Notes under the pieces: generated by a model
What the model saw: only the letters and a program-made list of their open reading frames with translations
Database searches by the model: none
Told to the model about the DNA's origin: nothing
Source: Octopus sinensis
Lineage: Eukaryota
DNA length: 64,000 nucleotides
Direction of reading: 5' to 3'
NCBI RefSeq assembly: GCF_006345805.1
Contig: NC_043007.1
Coordinates: 45,446,001-45,510,000 of the forward strand
In this document: piece by piece, positions 24,665 to 38,368 of the stretch
Position numbering within the stretch: the stretch's first letter is position 1
Layout of the letters: each line of letters opens with the position of its first letter
Translations under genes and position numbers: made by a program

Positions 24665-24964
24665 CTAGATAGATAGATAGCTAAATAGATAAAGAGAGGA
24701 AACTAGCTAGCTTGATTGGTACGTTTGTATTTGTATGTGTGAATACTACTAATGTAGACCACTATATTAAGTATCTACACTAGACGAGTATGTCATTATT
24801 TTAAATATTATGCGAAGCAAATGCAATCGTCATATATTATGGCCATAACATATTATTTCACGTTTCAGAATTAAATCATATGCGTGTCTCATTTAGAGGA
24901 TAGAAGAAAGATTTGTAGCAAAATATCGAACTAGATGTCGTTTTTGAACTCGAGGATTTGTATA

Positions 24965-25163
24965 TTCCTTCATTTGTTTCAGTCACTTGACTGCAGCCAT
25001 ACTGGAGCACTGCCACGAAGAGTGTTTCAGTCGAACAAATCGACCTCAGGATTTATTTCTTAAGCCTAGTACATTCTTTTGACGAACCGCTAAATTACGG
25101 GAAGTAAACACATCAACACTTGTCGTCAAGCGGTGATGGGGGACAAGCACAGATACAAAGACG

Positions 25164-25231
<68 letters not shown>

Positions 25232-25260
25232 CACACACACACACCACACACACACACACG
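24965..25260 (-). mobile_element. SINE family B 3' half with (CA)n linker
   Basis: ttgtttcagtcacttgactgcagccatactggagcac...ttgtcgtcaagcggtgatggggga. Confidence 0.8.
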
Positions 25261-25814
25261 CACACATTATACCGATCTAATTCCGAAACGCGCGTACGTG
25301 GGTAACCTAATATCGATTGATTTTCGTTATTTTCCCCTTTTGCCTGCGTGGATTGTTTTCAAGTACTTTGGTTTTTCTGGGAGCTCCTTTAAAAGTAGAA
25401 GGAATAGCTAAGATCATTTGACTGCTATTTCTAAACTTCGGTACGTGGTGAAGCAAATCGTTGCTGAACCCTAATTATAAAGTATATATAACTATATATA
25501 TATGCATAACTATAACTCCAAATTGCCTAATTTCTCACTATTAAAATGCACACGGCGAATGTAACGAATACAACAGAAATAAGCTTACCTTCTATGAACT
25601 ACAGAAGCAAGAAAGACAGATATTCCGGTATAAACAGATTTCACCTTTTGTATCAATATACAGCTGGACTTACTGTATATTAATCTATATTTGAACATAT
25701 TCATCACATTACACACGTGTGCGTTCTTTCATTTGGATGCCCTGACGACATTCTAAAACGAACATAATGTGAGCCAGTACAATATAAAGTTAAATAATGT
25801 ATTGTTACCATTAA

Positions 25815-25861
25815 TAATGATGATGATGATGATGATGATGATGATCGTGATAATAATAATG

Positions 25862-25942
<81 letters not shown>

Positions 25943-25955
25943 TAATAATAGTAAT
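25815..25955. repeat. (GAT)n/(AAT)n microsatellite
   Basis: Direct reading. Confidence 0.95.
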
Positions 25956-26515
25956 AAATGCCTTGATGCAGTACCAGTCAGTTGCTCTCGTGACTTCTGA
26001 TCTTAACTGATTGGAAGTGTTATCATGTATATTGTTTTGTCTTGGTATAAAAGATGGGCTACAGCAAATATTCTGCTCAATACCACATATTTGCTTGTCA
26101 GTTTTTTTTTACCATAACAAGTTGAGCATGTCCCTTAGTGGCTGACAATATGTTCATCTCTGATCCCAAGCAGAAGTAGTGGGGGAGCATCATAGCCGTA
26201 TGTTGAAAGGAATTCTTAGAGGTTTGGATATTTCACCTCTGGAAACATGGGTGGTTCGTTGAACATCCTTAAATAATCCTTATTCAGGAACCTTTTGAGC
26301 GGGATTGGTTGCTCGACCAAAAGAAAATTCTAACTGGGCACCACCTGCAAGGTCATGTGCTGTTTATCTTGATATGAGATCTCCATGTCGCGCACATATG
26401 GTTGTGATGCATGTGTCTGGAGTACCCTTATCAGGCGGGTAGTCATGATGGGTATACTGGGCTTCATATATTTTACCCCAGTGTCACTTTGATGGCATGC
26501 ACTGCTCTCTCACAC
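25956..26515. mobile_element. ~560-bp non-coding element embedded between two (AAT)n arrays
   Basis: Higher-GC unique block with both junctions in AAT repeats; no long ORF, no tRNA head, no TIR seen. Confidence 0.55.
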
Positions 26516-26528
26516 AATAATAATAATG

Positions 26529-26572
<44 letters not shown>

Positions 26573-26625
26573 TATAATAATAATAATATTAATAATAATA
26601 ATAATATTAATAATAATAATAATAA

Positions 26626-26682
<57 letters not shown>
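26516..26682. repeat. (AAT)n microsatellite
   Basis: Direct reading. Confidence 0.95.
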
Positions 26683-26685
<3 letters not shown>

Positions 26686-26947
26686 AGTTGTCAGCAAGTT
26701 TATCGTTATTTAGGTAAAATATACAAATAAATTAAGTGGGTCATGAGAATACCACTTGTTAGAAATAAGAGCTAACACTACAAAACCTTCTGTAGTTCAT
26801 ACAAGGTAAGCCTATTTACATCCGCCGCGTGTATTTTAATAGTGAGAAATTGGTGGTTTGGGTCTGTTAGCTCTTATTTCTAGCAAGTAGTATTTTTATA
26901 CCCTACTTATATACATTTATATATAGTTATATTAATATACCTGTATA

Positions 26948-27090
26948 TAGGCGTGGCTGTGTGGTAAGAAACTGGGCTTCTGTCAGTTTCTGTCAATAAA
27001 ATACACTCACAACGCTTTGCTCGGCCCCAGGCTATCGTAACTTGCTCAAGATGCCACGCAGTGGGGCTGAACCAAAAGCATGTAGATGGA
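26948..27090. mobile_element. SINE family B head (+) followed by inverted family B body (-)
   Basis: aggcgtggctgtgtggtaagaaact, then the reverse complement of ggttcag.cccactgcgtggca...gaaactga.agaagccc. Confidence 0.6.
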
Positions 27091-28177
27091 AATCCTGCGC
27101 CTAAAATTCATGCATAAATTGTATATATAGCTCGAGAAACCATGTTTGAAGTTACTTTCATGCTCATGTAGGTTTTTGTTCAAAGTAAATGACTAAATAT
27201 GATCAAGTGTAACTGTTCAAGAGGTGTATCTCAGTATTCAAAGAATTACACGCTGTATAATCTGCACGTAATTGCAATTTAGAAGTTAAACCATTTAACA
27301 TTTAGAAGTTAAATAATTTAATATTAGTTGTACATTTACAACTAATTTTAACAATATTTCTATTAATCAAAATTCTTTTTTTCTTTCTATGAAATCTTTA
27401 TCAATATGCTCTAAAATGTATCCACTTATATTACATGTGACATTCAAGAATAAACGAAATCATATTGAGATTTTAATTTTCTTGGCGGTTTATCAATGGT
27501 TACATTACAAAGTGCATTTTCTAATTTTATAAACGTATCTTAGAATATTTATTGAGGTACATGTATTTTTTTTTATTTTGGGGCTTCCTATAGAGTTGTT
27601 AACTACTCATTATAACGTCTAAAGACACATCCATATACATGGCAACACAGTTCTTCATAAATACTTTCACACTAAGACAGAAATCTTTGACAGTACTCAT
27701 TAATTTTCATAATTAATAATTATTGTTGAAATAATACCCGAAAGCTAATCCACACACATACGCGCGCGCGCCCACTAACACTTATACGCACAACATTCAC
27801 TTACATACGCAAGCATACATGTACAAACACATACACACACATACGCCTATATCTTTATGTTTTAAATTTTATAGCAAATGCTTTATGAAAATGCAAAAGA
27901 GAAGTCTGTTAGATTGGAAAAATCGTTAGTCAGAAGAAATTCCCCGTCATATTTATTCCATTTTTTTTTTGCTGTAAGTTCAAATCCAATCTGGTCATCT
28001 TGGACTTTTGTCTCTAAGTAGTCGATAAAATATGTAGCAGTCAGATACTGGGATGGATGCTATCGACTATCATTCCCAACCCCTCTCAAATTTGTTGGCC
28101 TTGTACCTAAACGAGAAACCATTATGTTAATAGGAAAAGCATTCACAAGTGAGCCCCAAGTTAAACACCTACCTAAC

Positions 28178-28299
28178 CTCAAACGTGATATTGATACCCT
28201 TAAAAAGAGCAAAGTCTTCATTGAAAAGTAATCCTTCTCTATGGATTGTTGCATCATTCGTATAACTTAGCACCCAACTGCTTAAGAAAATGTTTCGTG
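28178..28299 (-). CDS. Weak candidate internal exon (A)RNIFLSSWVLSYTNDATIHREGLLFNEDFALFKGINITFE
   Basis: ATTTTAG acceptor, GAG|GTTAGG donor, 122-bp open frame in unique DNA. Confidence 0.2.
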
Positions 28300-29544
28300 C
28301 TAAAATTATATATTTTATTGTGCATCCCGAATTAAAAGTTTGGAGACAGTTATCTCCATTATTAAACATGAACAGCTTTTTGTTGTTGATCGGTTACTGA
28401 GTTCTGCTTTACTTGTAGAATAAATATAACGCACATAAATAAATAAATAAATAAATATGAAAAATAAAAGAAATCAGTTTGAACCACAGCAAACTAAATC
28501 TAAACAGTTTTAGTGAACTTCCCTCTGAAACTATATTTATACAGCGATATTTTGGCATTTATAATATTACAATATCATCGTAATTGGGAGAATAGATTCC
28601 CTATTGAGTACTTGATACCACCTGTTTATTCTTTTCCTAATATTAATATGTTCGTATTTCTGTTTACAACTACACATTGAACACAAAAATAAGCAGACAG
28701 TTGGTAAAAACAACAAAACAAATGTACATATAACAAACGAAATCTACAAAACAACGCGAAAGAGATTTCATGGGTCACCTAAACCCGAAGATGCTTAAAG
28801 AAAAATCCAGAGAATTCAGTTGAGAAGGTGACTGGAATATTGGATGTGGATAGATTCAGAAGATGCTCTGATCTACTCAACGTGGTTCCGTCGGAATTTA
28901 GTGTGGATAACATTGAACATTATCTGACTGAACCCGATAGAACCTGATTGAATCTGTGAACCTGATCTAACATGTTTGCATTCCCTGTGGTTCCTTTTGA
29001 ATAATACACTTTGAATGAATGTATGCTTCTGATGAATAAACAAAGTATCATTATTTTTATTATTTCATTCCTTGTTTCGAGGGTTTTGTACAATCACCTG
29101 CGTTCCAGCTCTTTGTAATATTAGTGCTGATAAATTTCCGAAACTCGATATTTAGGAATCAGTTATTTAATTTAGTGAATGACCTGTCCCTTAATGTGAA
29201 AAACGTTGGTGGTTCCACTCATGTGCATCGCTTGTATGATTCTGAAGCAGAATCAGCGTGATATAGTGTAATATAGTGTGTGACAAGGCTGTACATCTGG
29301 AAGTACTGGTACAATGCAACCGACAGGCTTATATGTAGTTTCTGTCTATTTTCACTGTATCTATTCAAGGTGTAATCTAACCCTAGACCTCGTGGTTGTG
29401 AACAGAATTTCTTAAACATTTGGCCATACTGTGCTAACTTTAGTAACATACAATGTATTATATAATATTGAAAAGTATAGTAATAATAGTTGCAGCGTTG
29501 TTAGTGTTGTTTAAACCCTGTCGAGTCATTAATAAGAAGGTGTA

Positions 29545-29830
29545 TGACACATGGCATTTCTACCGTAGACATTGTGTTTTTACTCTAGGCACTATATCTA
29601 TGACTACGTTATCAAATACGTTCTTCCTTTCTTTAAAACAGGTGTGAATTGCAAACGATTTGTCTCATACTTTCAGCTCCTTTCCAGGTTAGCTAAACAC
29701 CGTATTGCTGATAATTGAACTAGTTGAGACTTTAACTAGCAGAGCTATAGGGAATGGCTATTCTACCGTTAATTATTCTGCTTTTTATTCTAGGCACTAT
29801 ATCTATGACTATATTAACTGTGATATTTTA
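29545..29830 (+). repeat. Diverged local duplication, period ~203 bp
   Basis: ttctaccgt...tttta(c/t)tctaggcactatatctatgacta at 29558 and 29761. Confidence 0.75.
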
Positions 29831-31119
29831 AAAACCAGATGGGTATGAATTGATAACTATTTTCTGCTATTTCTAGCGTACAGAAGCCTCGTTGCTGGTT
29901 AACTAGATGTTGTGTTGCTTATAGCGGTAAAAGCAGATGTCGTTTCTACTTAATATTTCTAACAAATGTAATCATATCAGTCGATATTCAGTCAGACCAA
30001 CTTCCTCTTTCATCATATTAAATGTAATAAAGTAAGTGTATCACTCACATCAATTATTCTAGAGTTATTTTGTCCTCAAGAGACATCAAATTATTGATCC
30101 TGTTGGCAGATCTGATCATTGTCTGCAAGCATGAGTGATACAATATAAGAAATCTACTTCAGAATTCAAGCATAAGTTTACAATCACGCAATTCACTCTG
30201 CAGTTATCACTAACCAAATGTCAAGAAAAGTTTATACGTCTAAAACACAAAGAGGAATTGAGTGAGACATTGGGCATGCGTGTTCCTGGAAATGTATTAC
30301 TTCAACCCATTCGCATTCCTCTTGAATTATATATCTGAAGTGTTATTCTTTTACAACTGTTGGCAACTGGAATTTGGTGGGAGATGAATGGCTTTATTAC
30401 GTTAAAACTCTTGCGAAACGATCCAGCACCATTAATTTCTCTTTTGCTTTCTCAAGTAAACTGAAAGTTTGACACTCAATTGGGAAATTATTTCAGAAAA
30501 GAATCGAAAGTGATTTGTGCATAAACCTTTGAGTTCACTCCTGGTTGTCCATTAAAATATCTCACTGTTCAGCCAAACAGGGAAGTGCACACGCTATGTA
30601 GTAGCTTGGCGTGCTGAAAATAACAGCCAGACATCTTTCAAACCGCATTCTAGTGTCATGAATATGGAATTACAGCCTGAATAAAATTGTTCTAGGTATA
30701 ATGTCTGAATAAACGATGGGACCAGTGATAAAATGTATTCTCGTTAAGTGCTGGCTGGCGGGTAAACAACAACAGCAGCTACAGCAAAAACAAAAATAAC
30801 AATAATAGCCCAGCGCTCAAGAAGATGATGATCCCTCCGACGGATTAAGCTTACTACGAGAGTACAATAATATTCCGTCTGACAGATTTACTATTTTCTA
30901 CAAAGAAACGTCTTTGATCAGCCAGCAGTTATAGTAGACGAGACGTGCAATGACTGACCTGTAGTGGGATCGAACCAAAGCCATATAAAAACGAAGTTAA
31001 TCATTTAATCACAAACCATGTCTGCGCTTAAAACACATAAGTACAATTGTATTTTTATTTTTAACACTAAATATAATATCAAAATGAACAGTTGAATATT
31101 ATTCTCAGTTGTTTTCGTA

Positions 31120-31530
31120 AAGCGGCAACGATTTGTAGATGGAATCAATAATAACCGGCATTTCTTCTGGCTCTGTATGTTACAAGTTTAAATTCCACCG
31201 TGGTCGGTTTTGTTTTTCATTCCCTGCGGATCAATAAAATAAGTACTTGTTAGGCATTAGGGTCGATGAAGTCGACATCAGCCCTCCAGCTAAAAGTACT
31301 GGCCTTGTACAAAAATTTGAAACAAGCTTACAGAATCGTCTTCGCGTCAGACGAAATACTTCGCGGAATTTCTTCCAGATCTTAACATGCAAAGCTCCAA
31401 TTCTGTCGAGGTGGACTTTGCCATTACTGCTTTAGGGGGTCGATAAAATGAGTACTGGTCGAGTATTGAAGTTGATGCAATTGACTTGCCCACTTCTCTC
31501 AAAATTGCAGGACTTATAACAGAATTCGAA
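31120..31530 (+). mobile_element. Two tandem decayed SINE family A copies
   Basis: Repeated ...ataaaat(a/g)agtact...gtcgatg...ctggccttgtac/gcaggactt...gaaac tail motifs. Confidence 0.65.
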
Positions 31531-31559
31531 ACTAAGATCATCACCATTATTATTATTAA

Positions 31560-31628
<69 letters not shown>

Positions 31629-33435
31629 TGTTGTTGTTGTTGTTGTTGTTGTAGTATTATTATTACTTATTCTATGTTGAAACCGAATCAATATGTCACT
31701 GGATTAATTTGATGTGTAATATTAGGCATATTGCAAGTGATTGATTATATGTAAAAATAACTGTAATACGTGAATATTGACGGTGACGTCGACTTTCTGT
31801 GGACGATTCATTCTTAAATAATAAGAAAATTAAGAGAATCGTTGTGAAATGAAATGAGAACCTATATCTGTCTGATATGAATCCATCAGGCTTACGCATT
31901 CTGTTTGGTCACACGCCATTTTTATAGGTAACGTACGACAAAGGAAGTTTCTTAGCCAAAGAGAGAACCGCTGACGGGCTAGAAGTAGCTGCCAGCTTTC
32001 TCTCAAACTATAATTCATGTCTTAAGAAAGTATTAAGAAAGTATGCAGTATTCAGAGACACCCCTTTGTGCAGGCTTTACTAAATCAGAAGCAGAATAAT
32101 TCACAAAATAGAAATTGCAATTACTGTAGTAGAAAGTAATTCGTTAAGTGAGTCAGTATGGTAGAGTAAGTCCGATCGCTTTAAAATGTTCATAACTGAT
32201 CGCTAGGATTTTAGAATCAGGTCTGGAATTATCGGTGTATAATCTTTCCATCTAGTTTCACTTACTATAGCACTACATATGAAGGGAAAGATCTGTACAA
32301 GACAAAAATATCACTAATTTCAAAATACAACTAAACAGCTGTCAAAAAGTTTTTAAATTTTAAACAGAATTTGCCTTACACCTTTGTAAGAGTCACATGC
32401 TTTTAGGAGGGACTCAAATAAGAATGAACAGTGTTCATGCAGATGACATTTAGTTCATAGTCGCTTACCTCTGTTTAATTGTTTCTGTGGGTAAATATTT
32501 TAAACCACATCAAAATAATGTCACTCAACTGATTGTCAATGATTCGTTCTCTACACATTTCAGTCACTGATCCACTGACAAACATCTCCTTTGTTCTGTG
32601 TATCTGCTATTGCTACTACAACTGGCTACTCGGAAGTAGCTACTTGCACACACTGTCCAACCAGGCATCCAGTACGCACAGACATATCCCTCTTACATCC
32701 CGTGGTTGTCTCTGTACATCTCCGAAAGTTCCCTAGTAGATTGGGTGCCAATGTTCACTGACAGATGTTAAAACTGAACTTTCTGTGTCAACATCTTACA
32801 CGTTTCAGAACTGTCATTAGCACTAGAGATTTCAGCTGTCTTACAAAATAAATGTACAGTTCATCAATATCCTCAACATAGGTAAATTTAACAGAATGGC
32901 GTCAATCTATTGTTATAAGTTCAGATACAACTTCGCCCTTAAACACAGCACAAAATAAGCAACAAAAAACATGCAACATAAAACATAAATTTTCCCGATA
33001 CGAATAGCTGTTCTCTGTTTTAGGAGGCCAATAACGAGTATATGTGGCCATCATGAATATCATAAGAGCAACAGAGAAAAGTTCTGTAAGACGTAAAAGT
33101 ATATCTTTTACACAAATCTATATTTGTTCATGTTCGATAACCATTTATTGTTTGAGTAGCCTACACACTCATGTGAAAGGAAATAAAGCAATGAGCGTCC
33201 ACGTTAAGAGACAATTATACTCGTTATGTTTGGCTTGTAACCAACATCGATCTATTTCAACGGCCAACTACGGAACATTTAAAGAGAGTAATTGTATCTT
33301 GATTTGAGCCATTTGGCATACAACGATGAATTACGTTGCTAAACGTTTAATTTTATTAATCTATTTCTGTATCGTATTTGTTAACATTGAGGTATGTTTT
33401 CTTAAAATTCCGAAGTTTGTTTGCTGATATATGTA

Positions 33436-33542
<107 letters not shown>

Positions 33543-33554
33543 ACTATCTATATC

Positions 33555-33615
<61 letters not shown>

Positions 33616-33837
33616 TTAGATAGATAGATAGATATAGATATAGATATATGTATGTATGTTTGTATGTATATGGCGTTCTATAATGTTGGGATACATTTTT
33701 CAATTTACATGATCGTGGGTACGCGACCATGCTTCGTTATGTCCCTAGTCACTTGCGTGTAAAATGTTCTCATTACTATGAAACACGTTGTATATTTATG
33801 TATGCATTATGTATGCATGTATGTATATATGTATGTA

Positions 33838-33868
<31 letters not shown>

Positions 33869-35101
33869 TGTATGTATGTATCTATTCCAATACATATATA
33901 TATATATATGTATATATAATTACAAACTTGTTACCAGTTCAGATATGCTTGAGTCATATTCGAACCAGTAAGGGGCGATTTACTGTATTGCGCATATAGA
34001 TGCTTACACTTTAGAAGTTATTCTCTATGACTAAATAAAAGGAAAATATCCGAAATATTTATGGACATTGTAGTGTATCCTTAGACTAGTGTTTAGAAAC
34101 ATGTGAGTAACTAAGTCAATTTGGCGTCCGTGCGTACAATGTACCAATAATTCATCTCTCAAATTTTGAACAGATATTATGTTTTGAAAGAACTCTTTTG
34201 CTGTTTTGAGAGATCATACCCCGAAGTGGGTGAACATTGTTTTCCTATCAATACAGCCAATTGTGGCCCGCAATATGTTTCTAACGTTTCTAAAAGAGGT
34301 GCTTCGATTTGTACAATCATCAAAACGTCGGACGAATAATATTTAAGACTTTTGTTCTTGGATCCAAGCCTGTCGAAGGCAACTCAGCTTTTCTTCCTTC
34401 TGAGATCATTAATTAAAATACCAACCATTTACTGTTTTGATTCTTGTTTGTTATCCTTTTTTACTTTCTGTTTTACATTTTTTTTGGAATCGTTTTGGTG
34501 ACCAGATGATCCATGCTTTACAGCGGTGCTCCAACGAAAAGGGACATATGAGATAGGGTCACATTTATGAAAATAGTTAACACTTCACTGAAACACGATA
34601 GACGCCTGGAGGAAGAACCTAGTTTTTAACTATTGATAATATAATGACGTACTGTTATAAGCCACAGAGAGAAAAGAATTAATCTTGACTTAAATTTATC
34701 CCGCATACTGAAATCAAAGGACGAACTGAGCTTCCTTAAAACATTCATATACGAAGGGGTACTGAAGCGTTCCTACATTTAAGGGTGTCGCGAAAGGCCT
34801 TCCCGGGGGCCTAACCTTTCTGGGTTCTTTTACAGGGCTTAGGAAAACTAAAGCAGTCCTGCAATAATTGTGTGGATCTGAGAATGGAATATGTAAAATA
34901 AAATCGTAATTAACTTATCTGCCTGTATTTTCTTTTACCCCAAGGCAGGAAATGTTCAACACCCCATCGTATAATCAAATTTCGTGGATTATTTTGTAAA
35001 CTATTTTTTATCATCAAACGATATTAAAATATATTTACAAAAAAAAAGATAAAGATACTCTTTTTTAATTATTCCTTATTAATATGTGTAAATAGATAAT
35101 G

Positions 35102-35214
<113 letters not shown>

Positions 35215-35701
35215 GTAATAATAATAATAATAATATAATAGAAGAGATAAAAGTTTGATTCATAGCTCATTTAATTTTATCGTGTAATTAACATATTGTA
35301 AAAAGGTAGGGTACGGTAGTTCAAAATTCTCTCGCACGTATAAACTAATCTAAGAATAAAATGGAAGAAAGGAAGTTGCTTGCTTTAATGAAAGCACTGG
35401 AGTAAAGGAATAGATAGGAGTTGTTTTCCATTGGAGTATTCGTTGAAAAAACAAACAAACAGAAATACCGTGAAATAAAACTGCTAAAACTAATCAAAGA
35501 CAAAAATAAGGTGTTTTAAAAACTGGTTATTCAGCAAACATCAATTATGGATGCTATCAGAAGATAACGAGAAGCAAAATACGTTCCTTCAAAATGAGAA
35601 CATAGATTAAAACAAGATGTGAACAGCAAATACATGTATACAGACACGTACGCACAAACACATACCATTGTGTATATGTGTGTATGTATATATAAATATC
35701 C

Positions 35702-35738
<37 letters not shown>

Positions 35739-35829
35739 ATATATATATACATATATATACACACGCTAATATATTTTTATAACCATGTGCAGGCATATAT
35801 ATATGGACATTTGGACATATACATAACAC

Positions 35830-35861
<32 letters not shown>

Positions 35862-35902
35862 ATGTATGTATATGTATATACATATATAAATATATGTATG
35901 TA

Positions 35903-35938
<36 letters not shown>

Positions 35939-35978
35939 TGTATATACATATATAAATATATGTATGTATGTATGTATG

Positions 35979-36031
<53 letters not shown>

Positions 36032-36639
36032 CATGCACATAACACATTAAAGAAATACTATATAAAATAAATATAAATATTCAGAAACATTTTATTCCCT
36101 TGAAAATGAAAAACAAACAAACAAACAAAAAAACAAAAGAGAAGAGAAAACAAAATGATCTCTTCCGTGAAGCAGGTACTTCTCTAACTGCTTTAGATAA
36201 ATTTTATATTGAATGAACAGGGAAAACTTATAAGTATTACACACAGAAATTCAACGCATTATCGTGAAATATACTTGCGTATTTGTACACACACACACAC
36301 CTAAATACATGTATTATTGACTCATATAGATTCATATGCGTTCACACACATGTGCTCATACATGAACAGAATATCTCTATAAACAAAGTAAAATCGAGCT
36401 CTATGTGTTACGTAGAGTAATTATTCAATTTATTAGTTACAGCATCCGCTTAAAGTGTTCACACATTCTGCGCTTATTCGTGAACAATTCACAGGCGAAA
36501 CCACTTAATCCAATCAACATTTTTTTCTTGTTTATTTTCTATACTTCCGGATTGCCTTATATAAATAGGTACACGCATATGTGCTCCACAAAATACATAC
36601 AGATACAAAAACACACCCACATACTCTTATGTTAATATC

Positions 36640-36930
36640 TTTACTTTTCGTTTGTTTTAGGCATTGAACTGTGGCCATGTTCAGGCATCACCTTTTATTC
36701 TTTTATTCTTTTATTTCTTTGGGTCAATTGACTGCGACCATACTTTTGAACCGCCTTGAAAGGTTTCAGTTGAACAAATCGACCCCAGGACTTATTTCTG
36801 AAGCCTAGTACTTATACACTCTGTCGCTTTTGCCGCTATGTTACGGGAACGTAAACACAATCGGTTGTCAATCGGCAATGGGGTTCGAACGTAGACACAA
36901 CGAATCACACTCATGGACACACACACACAC

Positions 36931-36964
<34 letters not shown>

Positions 36965-37128
36965 GACGGGCTTCTTTTAGTTACCGTCCACCAAATCGAC
37001 TCACAAGGCTCTAGTCGGCCCCAAGCTGTGTAATAGAAGACACTTGCTCAAGGTGCCACGCAGTGTGACTGAACTTGAAACTATGTGGTTGGAAAGCAAA
37101 CTTCGTACCATACAGCCACACCTGCCCT
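36640..37128 (-). mobile_element. Full-length SINE family B
   Basis: Head ggcaggtgtggctgtatggtacgaagtttgctttccaaccac, CORE-like region, (CA/AT)n linker and tail. Confidence 0.8.
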
Positions 37129-37824
37129 TATATATATTGTATATTTTTTTATTATTTTGTTTGTGGTGGTCATTTGGCTGCGTTCTTGTTGTGACTCCGA
37201 TTCACGCGGTTTAGTCAATAATGTCGATCTGGTACTTATTTCATAGTCTGGTAATAATGCTATAAGAGATTTTGCTGAACATCTAAGTTTATCCTAAAGA
37301 CCGTTGTCAAATGGTGATAAGCAAAATCAGAAAAAAACCGCACACACATGCAAATATACAGAACGAATCTTACCGACTTACAAACAAATACACACACTCG
37401 GTCGCGCACACATACATGTATATGATGTAGCTTCATGTATGTAAGTATGTATGTATGTATGTATGTATGTATGTATGTATGTATGTATGTATGTAGTATG
37501 TATGTATGTATGTATGTATGTATGTATGTATATATGTGAGTATAATAGTAAATATACATCAGTATTGAAGTTTTGATACAAATGAATTAAACACTAAATG
37601 AGAGTTACATATACACTCAACCACATCTGGTTTTTTGGTCTTTCAACCGCACTCGACAAAATGTTATTGTTTAAACATTTCATCTCGTTAGGTTGACAGA
37701 CTCAAATATTTGATCAAATTTACTGTAAATTTCGTATACGTATTTTCATCACCACTAGACTAGTCTTCGCGACACTATTCAAAGATTTTTTTTTTTATTA
37801 CAAATCTATCAGCATCTGAGGGAT

Positions 37825-38278
37825 TGAAGGTGAGTTATCTCGCCTGTCCATGACTCTAAGGTGTTTTAACACCGGCGACATGTGAGTTGTATACTCCGCT
37901 ACGCCATTGCAGCCACCGGGAAATACACAAAACATATACATATATATTTAATGATATCTATCATATTAGAGCTGCTTTTAGTTCACATGCAAATTTTTCC
38001 TTAGGTATGCAATTTCTGAGTATACCAGCTCAAGATTTTACAAGCCATGATTATATAAGTCGTTCGACTGGCTAGGTGATTCGCCTTCAATCCAAGTGGG
38101 TATGTGATGCTGACAAGTCACAAAAATGGTGAAACATCGATGTCCATCACTCCCTTGTAGAACTGAAGGTGAGTTTTTTCTCGCCCGTCGATAATTCTAA
38201 AGTGTTTTGACACCAGGGATATTAGAGTTATATACTCCCCTACATACACAAAGCATATACATTAGCATATGCACTTAA

Positions 38279-38280
<2 letters not shown>
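37825..38280 (+). repeat. Diverged local duplication, period ~339 bp
   Basis: tgaaggtgagtt.t.tctcgcc.gtc.at.a.tctaa.gtgtttt.acacc...gagtt.tatactcc.ctac at 37825 and 38164. Confidence 0.75.
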
Positions 38281-38312
<32 letters not shown>

Positions 38313-38337
38313 ACAATAATAAGAATGATAATAATAA

Positions 38338-38364
<27 letters not shown>

Positions 38365-38368
<4 letters not shown>

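Noticed and set aside
25280-25305. CGAAACGCGCGTA half-hammerhead
   Set aside because: No CUGANGA core upstream; the 5' side is (CA)n.
29126-29155. CUGAUAA...CCGAAACUCGAUA
   Set aside because: Core G8 missing and no stem I pairing.
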